Assembly: GCA_050015075.1 (NCBI GenBank)
Contig: JBEKCB010000010.1
Span: 1-64,000, forward strand
DNA: 64,000 nucleotides
Direction: 5' to 3'
Source: Candidatus Brocadiia bacterium
GTDB lineage: Bacteria; Planctomycetota; Brocadiia; CAIUPP01
Under the pieces are notes generated by a model. That model made no database searches. It had not been told where the DNA came from and saw only the letters and a program-made list of their open reading frames with translations. The position numbers were made by a program, and so were the translations under genes. Within the stretch, counting starts at the first letter, position 1; every line of letters starts with the position of its first letter. This document shows, piece after piece, positions 19,787 through 28,680 of the stretch.

Positions 19787-21561
19787 GCAGCGCCCTTTCG
19801 CGCTTCACCCGGCTCCGTCAGCCGACCGGCCCCATGCCGGAATCTCCACCATCCGCCGCCTCGCGACATGCGGCCCAGGAGCCGGTCCGCACCGTTCAGG
19901 CACCGACGCCGGAAGTATAGCAGAATCCCGGCGTACCAGAGATAATTGAGAAGGATCAGCGGCCATATATCTGACTTGTTCGAGATCATAGGAAAATCAT
20001 TCAATTCTGTGGAAATCAAGGCGACTCCCGGACTCAGATAAATCGAAAAACCCCAATTGTTGCCAGGCCTGTCCCACCCCATGATCACGGCTATGACACA
20101 GGGCAGCACGCACCATAGGACGAGGACAATGAGGCTGACGAGGATCGCCCGCATTCGGGTGGCGCACTTCATCCCGATCCAGAGCGCGACCCAGGCCAGC
20201 ATCTGCGGGTAGATGAGGATTGCAAGCAACGACGAGGCCAGGTAGGTCGCGAGCGTGCCGTCGTTGCGCCGTATTTCAAAAAACACTTCCAGGAAGACGA
20301 GGGTCAAGAGCGGGACGGAGAGAACAACGATCAGTCGCCGCATCGCGCCCATCTTCTGCCGCACGATCTGGCCCCCGGAGATCGGCGTGGTGAGGAGCAC
20401 TTCCAGCGTCTGGTCGGTGCGGTCGCCGGCGACTACGTTCGCCGCGGCCGCCACGATCCACAGCGCCGAGATCGTCCATAGGACGAACAGCATCCAGGAT
20501 ATCCCGGAGTCAGACTGCAGGCCGTGGCGATCGTAGCCGGCGATTGTCGCGAGGAATATGGCGGGCACTTCCAGAAGGAGCAGCACCCGGAAAAGGTAGA
20601 CCGGCTTGCCCAGCGACTTCCTGCTCGTCTCGCGCCAGAAGATCGGCGTGTCCGCGGGAAGGGTGTTCCTGTCCTCGATGAGGACAATGCCGCCGGTGAG
20701 GAAGTTCAGGCCCTCGTAGAACCGGTCCAGCCGCTTGAAGAACTGGAGGAGGGCGCTCCGGGGTTGGACGAACGCCCGGCGGAAGAGTTGGGATTTCGCG
20801 AAGGAAAGGAATAACACCGTCGAAGCTGTGATCGGCAAGCTATCCAACAGGATGAATTCCGCCAGGGATGATCGTGGGGACCTATCAAGGATGAAGGGAG
20901 GCAGAAGGATTAGCCACTGGTCCGCCCTGAAGCTTGTGTCGAAAAATCCGCTGAGAATGGAAATGAACAGCAGTGGGCTGAGATAGAAAAGACCGCAGCC
21001 GACATAGGAGCAGAGGAAGGCGCTCAGGGACGTCCGGCAGTAGGAGGAGCACATCAGCGCAAACGCTCCGACCTGGAGGCACGTGAGCAGGACCATGTAG
21101 CCGCTGCGGATGAGGTCGTCGAGCGTGATCCCGCCCATGGAGTAAGCCAGAGCCGTCAACGGCATGGAGAGCAGCAGGAACGTCAGCATCGGGATCAGCC
21201 GGCCCAGGTATTTCTGGAGGATGATCTCCCAGGGCCGCAGATCGGTGAGGAACAGCAGCGAAAGCGAGTCTCGTTCCTTTTCATAAGTGAGCACTCCGGA
21301 CATCATCGCCGGCAGGAAGGCGAATACCGTGCCGAATTGAAGGAACACGATGGCCCGAAAGAGGCTCCGCCCGCTCCCGAGGACGCTTTCCGGGTTCGTC
21401 CCTGCGTATCCAAAAAGTTCCGACCGCAGCATCAGGAGAAAACAGGCGAACAGCCCGGCGGCGTACACGACGCGGATGAGGTAGGTGCGCCGTCGCGCGG
21501 CCTGCTCGGTCAGTTCTTTGACCAGGAGAGGAAGCCGGGATTTTCTCGCCCAGCGCTTCAT
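19783..21561 (-). CDS. ABC-2 type permease (double-length)
   Basis: PLLVKEL start; two halves, SGVLTYEKERDSLSLLFLT and VAGDRTDQTLEVLLTTP. Confidence 0.88.
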   Translation of the reverse strand: MKRWARKSRLPLLVKELTEQAARRRTYLIRVVYAAGLFACFLLMLRSELFGYAGTNPESVLGSGRSLFRAIVFLQFGTVFAFLPAMMSGVLTYEKERDSLSLLFLTDLRPWEIILQKYLGRLIPMLTFLLLSMPLTALAYSMGGITLDDLIRSGYMVLLTCLQVGAFALMCSSYCRTSLSAFLCSYVGCGLFYLSPLLFISILSGFFDTSFRADQWLILLPPFILDRSPRSSLAEFILLDSLPITASTVLFLSFAKSQLFRRAFVQPRSALLQFFKRLDRFYEGLNFLTGGIVLIEDRNTLPADTPIFWRETSRKSLGKPVYLFRVLLLLEVPAIFLATIAGYDRHGLQSDSGISWMLFVLWTISALWIVAAAANVVAGDRTDQTLEVLLTTPISGGQIVRQKMGAMRRLIVVLSVPLLTLVFLEVFFEIRRNDGTLATYLASSLLAILIYPQMLAWVALWIGMKCATRMRAILVSLIVLVLWCVLPCVIAVIMGWDRPGNNWGFSIYLSPGVALISTELNDFPMISNKSDIWPLILLNYLWYAGILLYFRRRCLNGADRLLGRMSRGGGWWRFRHGAGRLTEPGEARKGAA

Positions 21562-22493
21562 GCCGTCTTCCCTTCGGTCAGCTTCATGAAGACCGTCTCC
21601 ATGTCCATCGCCTCCGGCTGGTACATGCGAACCCGCGCGCCGAGTTGGTGCAGCCGGATCAGGAGGTCCTCGACCTGGATGACGTCCTCACGGATGTGGA
21701 TGGAAAGGCGGTCAATCGCCGGCTCGGCCGATGCGACGCCCGGGATCGCCCGGATGCTCTGAAGCATGGCCTCGGAAAGGTTGACGATCTGAACGTGGAT
21801 CACGCGCTTCAAGTCGAGGCGCCGGTAGATGTCGGTCAGCGATCCTTCCGCGACCAGTCGCCCGGCCTCGATGATGCCGATCCGCGTGCAGATCTGCGAG
21901 AGTTCGTGGAGGATGTGGCTGGAGATGATGATGGTCTTGCCCATTTTCTGGAGTTCTTTGAGGAGTTCGCGCATCTCGATCCGGGCGCGCGGGTCGAGGC
22001 CGCTGGCGGGCTCGTCCAGAAGGAGCAGGTCCGGGTCGTGAATGAGGATGCGCGCCAGCCCCAGGCGCTGCTTCATGCCGCGCGAGAGCGCGTCCACGGG
22101 CGAGTCCTTCTTTCCGGTGAGATCGGTCAGCGCCAGGACGTCCTCCACCACCGCCATCCGCCGGCCGTGATCAACCCGATACGCGGCGGCGAAGAAATGC
22201 AGGTAATCGCTCGTTGTGAGGTCGTCGTACACGCCGAAGAAGTCCGGGACGTATCCGATCCGGCGGCGGATTTTCTGCGGCTCTTTGGTCACGTCCATGC
22301 CGTCAATCCGGGCGAAGCCGCCTGACGGCCGGAGCAGGGTGGCGAGCACCTTGATGGTCGTGGTCTTGCCCGCTCCGTTCGGGCCGATGAATCCGAAGAC
22401 TTCACCCTTGGAGACGGCGAAGCTGATGTCGCGCACGGCCAAGGTCCGGCCGTACGACACGAAGAGCCTTTCGATTTCGACCAGCGCAGGCAT
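21558..22493 (-). CDS. ABC transporter ATP-binding protein
   Basis: GPNGAGKTT, LSRGMKQR, LLLLDEPASGLDP; paralog of 16981-17997. Confidence 0.95.
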   Translation of the reverse strand: MPALVEIERLFVSYGRTLAVRDISFAVSKGEVFGFIGPNGAGKTTTIKVLATLLRPSGGFARIDGMDVTKEPQKIRRRIGYVPDFFGVYDDLTTSDYLHFFAAAYRVDHGRRMAVVEDVLALTDLTGKKDSPVDALSRGMKQRLGLARILIHDPDLLLLDEPASGLDPRARIEMRELLKELQKMGKTIIISSHILHELSQICTRIGIIEAGRLVAEGSLTDIYRRLDLKRVIHVQIVNLSEAMLQSIRAIPGVASAEPAIDRLSIHIREDVIQVEDLLIRLHQLGARVRMYQPEAMDMETVFMKLTEGKTA

Positions 22494-22561
22494 GAGCGAA
22501 CTCGTTTCAATCTTCCGAGCACATTAGCCGCGCCGACGGCTGCACGGCTGGTGCATCAACT

Positions 22562-22588
22562 GAAAATGCGCGCCCAGCGCGCATTTTC
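22562..22588. terminator. Intergenic hairpin (terminator/attenuator or mRNA stabiliser)
   Basis: Perfect 12-bp stem GAAAATGCGCGC-cca-GCGCGCATTTTC between two co-oriented genes. Confidence 0.5.
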
Positions 22589-22596
22589 TTAGGAGT

Positions 22597-24723
22597 TTAC
22601 CGGTCCCAATACAGCCGCCGATACACGACGATCCCGTCTTCCGTCTGGCTGATCACGGCCAGCAGCCACGAGTTCGGATCCGTCGGGTCGAGCAAGGCGA
22701 AGTCTTCGATGTTATTCCCGCCGGTTGGGGAGACTTGGGAGAGGACGGAAAACAGGCCGAATTGAGGGCATGCGCTGGTGAATTGTATCAGTTGTTCAAC
22801 GCTGCCTGCTGGCGGCATAGGCAAATGGCCGGCCTCGGGGCTAGTGCTCCCCGTCTGCGGAAAAAAATCCCCGCTGGGGTCGGCGCTAATAAGAAGATTC
22901 GGGTCTGCGAGCGAGCTGAAGATTTCATATCCGTGGCAAATGACCACGCTTCCCTTGAACGGCCGGCCACCCATCAAGCTTGTCGCCGCCTCCGGCCACC
23001 GTGGCTTGTCGCGCAACATTGCCGGAGTGACGGCATCCCAATGGAAGTCCGCGACCGATTTTCCTGCCTCGATGGAACATGCCCGGTTCAACTGCGGCCG
23101 CCACTGCAGAACTTCCTGGGTTACGGAATACGCCGACGGAACGGACCCGCGGTACGTCAGGATATGCCAGCCGTCTTCCGTGCCGGATGCTGGAGATCTA
23201 TAGTTATAACCCGCGGCAGATTCGCTGAAAGACGGGTTATGAGTGAGGTCGCCGAAGAGCGCATTCGCCAGGCGCGTCTCCCGGGTCGCCTGCCTGGCGG
23301 CAAAGATCAGTTCGCACCGGTTTGTGCGCAGGACGCGACCGCCCTTGCCCACGTCGCAGATCACCAGCGCCGTTCGCTGATCGAGCCGCCCCATGAAATG
23401 GGAAGACAACGCAACCATCGCGATGGTGAATCCGAAACAGGCGGCGGGAAGGAGAACCCAGGTGTATTTCCGCCGTTTCAACGCCCCGAGCAGGAAATAG
23501 TCCAGCGGCCCAATCACGGCGAGGAAGCCGCAGAGCATCAGCGCGATAAGGCCGAGCGGGATAAGCCGAACGGACCTCGGCATCAGTATCTGCGCAAGCG
23601 AATCGCTCGCCGGATTGTGCTGAGGCGAAAACTGCCCCGCGGTCCACGAATCGCCGCCAGAGGGTATGCGCGGATCCTCCGATGGACCGGTGTTCCACGC
23701 GCCGGCGCGGACTACCGAATTGGTATGACTGAAACGCAGCTTCCACAGGAAAGCCACCATCCGCCGCCAGCTGGGAGTATCCATGTCCTCCTTGACGTTC
23801 ACCGGGCTGAGGATAACGGCCGTCCGGCCGAGTTCCGAGCGGTAGAGGTCAATCCCGGAAGCGGGCCGCCCGCCCGCGTAGCCCACAGAGCCTTCTGCCG
23901 TCAACTCGAAGCGCTGAGAGGGCTCGCCCGGTTGCACCGCCAAGTCATTCAGGAAACGGAGTTGGTCATCTCTCAGTCCGCGCCCCGGAATCACACACAG
24001 GCTGCCCCCAGCCTCGACCCAGCTCTTGAGCGAGTCCAACTGTCGCGGGCGCAGGAGAGAGAATGCGTCCTCCGGCAGAAACACCAGGTCATACTCGCAG
24101 TAGCCGAGCGGATGCGCAGGAAAGTCCTCGATCTGTACAAAGGCCGCCGCGGTCGCCAGGCTGAGTGCGGTTCTGGGCATTCGCTCGGGATCAAACCGCT
24201 CAATGCGAAGAGCCTGGGTCGTAGCGATAACATTCGGGTTCGGCTCGCCGCCTTCCAGTGCTTCTCCGACGCAGATCAGCAAGGCGCGCTCAGCCGGGTT
24301 AGGCACCCTCAGCGGGAATTCGCCCAGCTCGAACTCGCCGCGTTCGCCAATGAACCGCATGCGGACAGCGACCTGGGAGTCGCCCGACATCGCCTGCACC
24401 GCCGGGACCACCAACCGGAAGGTCTGCGCCCCGGCGGCCAGGGCCAAGTCCGCGCTTTGGACGATAACGAGAGGCTTGCCGTATTGCATGAAGGCGAGTT
24501 CCACGCACCCTTCGAGCAGACCGCGGCCACGATAATCGAGACTCACTTCCAGCGTCATGGGCGCGTCGGACCGCTTTCGCACGACCTGCGAGGAAACCTT
24601 GCCCTTGAGAACCCCCTGTCCCTGAGCCAGAAGCGGTCCGGGGCCGAACGGCCCTTCGGCTGCACAGCAGATGGCCAGGGCCGCGACGACGACCCCGAGC
24701 CGGATGAAGGACGGCTTCTTCAT
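22597..24723 (-). CDS. Secreted/membrane accessory protein (distant relative of 17999-19786)
   Basis: Signal peptide; LKSWVEAGGSL; TM pair FLAVIGPLDYFLL...TWVLLPA; ATGA overlap with the upstream gene. Confidence 0.8.
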   Translation of the reverse strand: MKKPSFIRLGVVVAALAICCAAEGPFGPGPLLAQGQGVLKGKVSSQVVRKRSDAPMTLEVSLDYRGRGLLEGCVELAFMQYGKPLVIVQSADLALAAGAQTFRLVVPAVQAMSGDSQVAVRMRFIGERGEFELGEFPLRVPNPAERALLICVGEALEGGEPNPNVIATTQALRIERFDPERMPRTALSLATAAAFVQIEDFPAHPLGYCEYDLVFLPEDAFSLLRPRQLDSLKSWVEAGGSLCVIPGRGLRDDQLRFLNDLAVQPGEPSQRFELTAEGSVGYAGGRPASGIDLYRSELGRTAVILSPVNVKEDMDTPSWRRMVAFLWKLRFSHTNSVVRAGAWNTGPSEDPRIPSGGDSWTAGQFSPQHNPASDSLAQILMPRSVRLIPLGLIALMLCGFLAVIGPLDYFLLGALKRRKYTWVLLPAACFGFTIAMVALSSHFMGRLDQRTALVICDVGKGGRVLRTNRCELIFAARQATRETRLANALFGDLTHNPSFSESAAGYNYRSPASGTEDGWHILTYRGSVPSAYSVTQEVLQWRPQLNRACSIEAGKSVADFHWDAVTPAMLRDKPRWPEAATSLMGGRPFKGSVVICHGYEIFSSLADPNLLISADPSGDFFPQTGSTSPEAGHLPMPPAGSVEQLIQFTSACPQFGLFSVLSQVSPTGGNNIEDFALLDPTDPNSWLLAVISQTEDGIVVYRRLYWDR

Positions 24724-26603
24724 CGGAGCGATCCTCTGGTGCGCCGATTGAAATACCACCACTCCGCGAGCAGAACGCCGAAGGCCAGGAGCGCGGGATA
24801 CTTCCACAGCGAGCGGTCGGACCTCGTCGCGGCGACGGAGGCCGTGACGGACAAGTTTTCGTTGAACTGGATCTGCTCGGTGCTCGTGAGCAGGGTCGTA
24901 TTCGAACTCAGAAGGCTCGCGCCGAGCCAGGCGCGCTCCGCGCCGCCGTCGAGCACCCGGTAGACGCCGACGCGGGGCGCAGAGACGCCGGCCAGGTTCC
25001 CGGCCGCGTCCGTCTTCTCCTCCTGCGAAGTCCCGTCCGGGCCTTTCACGACGTACGTCCGGTCCGGCGCCAACGGGGGCGCTCGGAGCACGCCCGTCCG
25101 CTGCGCCTGCGCTTCCGCCAGGCCCGCATCGAACAGGGAGAGCCGCACGAGGTTGGAGACCAGGATCGGGAACCCCACGCGGTAGGGCAGCGTGGACCGG
25201 TCGGTGTGGAAGAGCAGGTGAAAGGCGTTTTTTCCTCCCGAGCGTTTCTCCAGCAGCAGCGGCCCGCCGCGGCCGTGCACCAGGATCTCGTAGCCCAGGT
25301 TGTCATAGTCGCTCTCCCGGACGCCGTCGTTCGACTGGACCTGTTCGAGGGTAAGCAAGTCGCCCAGTTCGACGTGCTGAAGCAGCTCCGCGCTGCGCTG
25401 CCAGTCCACGACGGCGCCTCCCTCTTTGCGCACCGTCAGCAGCCGCCGGAGGTCCTCCGGGATGATCCCGACGGTGAGCCACGTCCGCGCCTGGAGGCCG
25501 AGGTCCTCCGGCCGATCGGTCACCACAAGGTCGAAATTCGTCTCAGTCGCCTCGGCTCCCGCCTGCGGAAAGAGTCGGATGCCGGAGACGGCGCCCAGCG
25601 CATGGCGATAGGTCGCCAGCGAGACTGGACAATAGACCCACAGCGGCCGCACTGCGGGCAGCTCGATGAACGCGACGTTGTCGGAGGCCAGGGAGTCGAA
25701 CCCGTCCGGGCGCAGCCGCACCTGGACCTGAGAGGCCTTCTCGCCGGAGACCCGGAACAGCATGCGCTCGACTTTCCCCTTGCCCAGGGAAAGCGTTTCC
25801 TCATGGACCAGCTTGTCGTCCTGTATAAGTTCGACCGCCGTAGTGCCTTCGGCCTGCGGCGAACCTTCGATGTTGACGAAGACGTCCCAGTTCCCGTCCT
25901 CGGAACGGCGCGCGCTGAGCGCGGTAATGCCGATGTTCGGGCCGGCCGGCGGCAGGCGGCGATACTTCAAGGCGAATGAGAGCTCGAAGTGCGTCTGCGT
26001 CGGAAAATTCCCGTCCGAGAGGAGGAGAACCTCGTCGAAGGACTCGCCGCGCGCCAGGGCCTGCGTCATTCGCAAGGCGTCCTCGATGTCGCTGGATACG
26101 TCTTCCACCGCGATGGCCGCGAGGGCCTCGCGGAGGAGCCGCTTGTCGTTGGTGAAGCTGGTGCGCTTCCGGGCCGTGCGGCTGAACGAGATGAGACAAA
26201 GCTCCTGGTCCGGGAGCATGCCGTCAACCAACTTCTCCACCTCCGCCTTGGCGGCGTCCAGCCGCGAGACGCCGTTCGGCTTGTCGAGCGCGGCCATGCT
26301 GGCCGAGCAGTCAATCAGGATGGGCAAACGCCGCACGCGGGCGGACTGGCCTCGCCAGAACGGCTGCATCGCCGCCAGCACGACCAGCGCCAGGAGAGCG
26401 ATCTGGAGGAACAGGAGAATGTTCCGCTTGAACCTCTGGAACGGCGAGTTGACTCGCTGGTCGGTGAGCACCTGCCGCCATAGCACCAGGGAAGGGATCT
26501 CCTGTTTCGGCCGCTTCAGCTTCAGGAAATAAAACGCCACCAATGGCGCAAGGAGCGCGAACAGCCATGCGCCGCTGAGGGCATAGAAACCGAAAAAGCT
26601 CAT
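24720..26603 (-). CDS. BatA N-terminal + vWA domain membrane protein
   Basis: FYFLKLKRPKQEIPSLVLW (BatA-like), MIDAS DCSAS, LLSDG, C-terminal TM LLAEWW. Confidence 0.9.
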   Translation of the reverse strand: MSFFGFYALSGAWLFALLAPLVAFYFLKLKRPKQEIPSLVLWRQVLTDQRVNSPFQRFKRNILLFLQIALLALVVLAAMQPFWRGQSARVRRLPILIDCSASMAALDKPNGVSRLDAAKAEVEKLVDGMLPDQELCLISFSRTARKRTSFTNDKRLLREALAAIAVEDVSSDIEDALRMTQALARGESFDEVLLLSDGNFPTQTHFELSFALKYRRLPPAGPNIGITALSARRSEDGNWDVFVNIEGSPQAEGTTAVELIQDDKLVHEETLSLGKGKVERMLFRVSGEKASQVQVRLRPDGFDSLASDNVAFIELPAVRPLWVYCPVSLATYRHALGAVSGIRLFPQAGAEATETNFDLVVTDRPEDLGLQARTWLTVGIIPEDLRRLLTVRKEGGAVVDWQRSAELLQHVELGDLLTLEQVQSNDGVRESDYDNLGYEILVHGRGGPLLLEKRSGGKNAFHLLFHTDRSTLPYRVGFPILVSNLVRLSLFDAGLAEAQAQRTGVLRAPPLAPDRTYVVKGPDGTSQEEKTDAAGNLAGVSAPRVGVYRVLDGGAERAWLGASLLSSNTTLLTSTEQIQFNENLSVTASVAATRSDRSLWKYPALLAFGVLLAEWWYFNRRTRGSLR

Positions 26604-26664
26604 GTCTCACCCTGATGCGGGATCAGCAGCCAGTCTCGCCGTTTCGCACTCTGCATCTGCATTA

Positions 26665-27579
26665 TTACCTGGCCCATCCCTTCCGCCGGAGCAGGTCGAA
26701 GAGCACCCACTCGATGGTGTCCGCCGTGCTGATCGTGAGGAAGCGACCCGAGCGTTGCTGGCAGAGCGCGGCCACATTGCGCTCGTAGGCGATCCGGTGC
26801 TCCTGGTAGAGCGGCAGAAGGTCATCCGCGGCGGAGACGTCCAGCGTGGCCGCGGTCTCGGAATCCACAAAGCGCGTGTCGCCGCCTACCTCGGGATCAA
26901 TCTCCGTGGGACCGAGGAGCTGCAGGCCGAAGATCTCCAGCCCCGCGGTAAAGAGACGGTTCATCGCGCGCCCCAGGTCGCCGAAGGTCAGGAAGTCCGA
27001 GAGCACCACGACCACCCCGCGACCCGTGTGGTGCTTCAACAGGGATTCCATGGCGACTTCCAGGGGCACGTCGCCGCCTCCTTCGACGGCTTCCACCGCG
27101 GCGAAGAGGCCTTTCATGCTCGCCCGGCCGCGGCAGGGCGCGAGCCTGTGCGGCGGGGCGTCGCGCCGCCGGAAAGAATACAAACTCAGGCGTTCCGTTC
27201 CGTTCAGGGCCATCACGCCGAAGGCCGCGGCGAGTTCTTTGGCCCAGTCCAGCTTCCGTTCGAACAGCATCGAGGTGGAGCCGTCCACGAGCAGCACCAC
27301 GTGCACTTCTTCTTCCTGGTGGTAAAGCTTCAAGTAGGGGCGGTTCAGCCGGGCGAAGATGTTCCAGTCCACGAAGCGGACATCGTCGCCGGGGACGTAG
27401 TCCCGGTAGTCGCAGAACTCCGTGCTGGCGCCGCTGCGTCCGGCCAGGTGCTCGCCCCGGCTTCGATTCGTGAAGCGCCGGCGGGACTGGATGCGCATGC
27501 GCTCCAGGCGCGACAGCGCCTCGTTGCTCAGGAGAGGCGTCAGTTGCGGCTTCTCAGCGGCCGGCTCCTCATTCTCCAT
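26665..27579 (-). CDS. DUF58 family protein (MoxR-associated)
   Basis: EFCDYRDYVPGDDVRFVDWN, LVDGSTSM, VVLSDF. Confidence 0.93.
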   Translation of the reverse strand: MENEEPAAEKPQLTPLLSNEALSRLERMRIQSRRRFTNRSRGEHLAGRSGASTEFCDYRDYVPGDDVRFVDWNIFARLNRPYLKLYHQEEEVHVVLLVDGSTSMLFERKLDWAKELAAAFGVMALNGTERLSLYSFRRRDAPPHRLAPCRGRASMKGLFAAVEAVEGGGDVPLEVAMESLLKHHTGRGVVVVLSDFLTFGDLGRAMNRLFTAGLEIFGLQLLGPTEIDPEVGGDTRFVDSETAATLDVSAADDLLPLYQEHRIAYERNVAALCQQRSGRFLTISTADTIEWVLFDLLRRKGWAR

Positions 27580-27629
27580 CACGAATTCCTTGCCCTGGTT
27601 TGCCGATTCCGCGCTCCGCCTGCCGAGGC

Positions 27630-28628
27630 TCACGCTTCTTCCTTGACCTGCTCCAGGAGTTCCCTGATGAGGTCCTGAACGCGGATGTTCTCCGCCTGGC
27701 CGTCGTAGTTGAGGAGGATTCGGTGCTGAAGGACCTCCTCGGAAAAGTACCGCACGTCGTCGAACGCCACGTGAGCGCGGCCTTCCGCCAGGGCGCGCAC
27801 GCGACCCGCGCGGATCAGCGCCTGGCCGGCGCGCGGGCTGGCGCCCCATTTCACGTACTTGCGGACGGCCTCGAAGGCGAACTCCGAGTCGGCATGCGTC
27901 GCCAGCACCAGGCGCACGGCGTAATCGCGTATCGGGTCCGCGACGACGACGGCCTCGAGAATCTTCCGCAGCGCCAGGATCTGTTCGCCGTCGAGCACCT
28001 CGGCCACCGCGGCGGCGCGCTGGAGGATCGTCCGGCTCACGACTTCGTTCAGGTCCTTCCGATTGAGGAACGGCACGTTGACCTTGAACATGAAACGGTC
28101 GAGTTGCGCTTCGGGGAGCGGGTAGGTCCCTTCCTGTTCGATGGGGTTCTGGGTGGCCAGCACGAAGAACGGCGGCGTGAGCTGATAGGTGGTCCCGCCG
28201 GTGGTGACGGACCCTTCCTGCATGGTCTCGAGGAGCGCCGACTGCGTCTTCGGCGTGGCGCGGTTGATCTCATCGGCGAGGAGGAGTTGCGTGAAAATCG
28301 GCCCGCGCCGGAACTCGAAGCGATAGCGTCCGTCCGGGTCGGCCGTCATGACCGTCGTGCCGATGATGTCGGCGGGCATGAGGTCCGGCGTGAACTGGAT
28401 GCGCCGGAATTGAAGGGTCAGCGCGCGGCCGAGCGTCTTGACCAGCTCGGTCTTCCCCAGGCCGGGCACGCCTTCGAGGAGGACGTTGCCTCCGCAAAGG
28501 ATGGCGGTGATGGTCGCCTCCACCACCCGCTCCTGGCCCACGATCACCTTGGCAACTTCCTGGCGAATTCGCTCCATGTCCTGCCGGAACCGGTTCGTTT
28601 CAGCTTTCAGCGTCGCTTCGTCCGTCAT
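27630..28628 (-). CDS. moxR: MoxR family AAA+ ATPase
   Basis: LLEGVPGLGKT, RIQFTPDLMPADI, LLADEINRATPKTQSALLE, ATQNPIEQEGTYPLPEAQLDRF. Confidence 0.96.
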   Translation of the reverse strand: MTDEATLKAETNRFRQDMERIRQEVAKVIVGQERVVEATITAILCGGNVLLEGVPGLGKTELVKTLGRALTLQFRRIQFTPDLMPADIIGTTVMTADPDGRYRFEFRRGPIFTQLLLADEINRATPKTQSALLETMQEGSVTTGGTTYQLTPPFFVLATQNPIEQEGTYPLPEAQLDRFMFKVNVPFLNRKDLNEVVSRTILQRAAAVAEVLDGEQILALRKILEAVVVADPIRDYAVRLVLATHADSEFAFEAVRKYVKWGASPRAGQALIRAGRVRALAEGRAHVAFDDVRYFSEEVLQHRILLNYDGQAENIRVQDLIRELLEQVKEEA

Positions 28629-28680
28629 GGCCTGTTCTCCTGCGTTTGGCGAAACGCTTCGAAGACAATAACCCACATGC

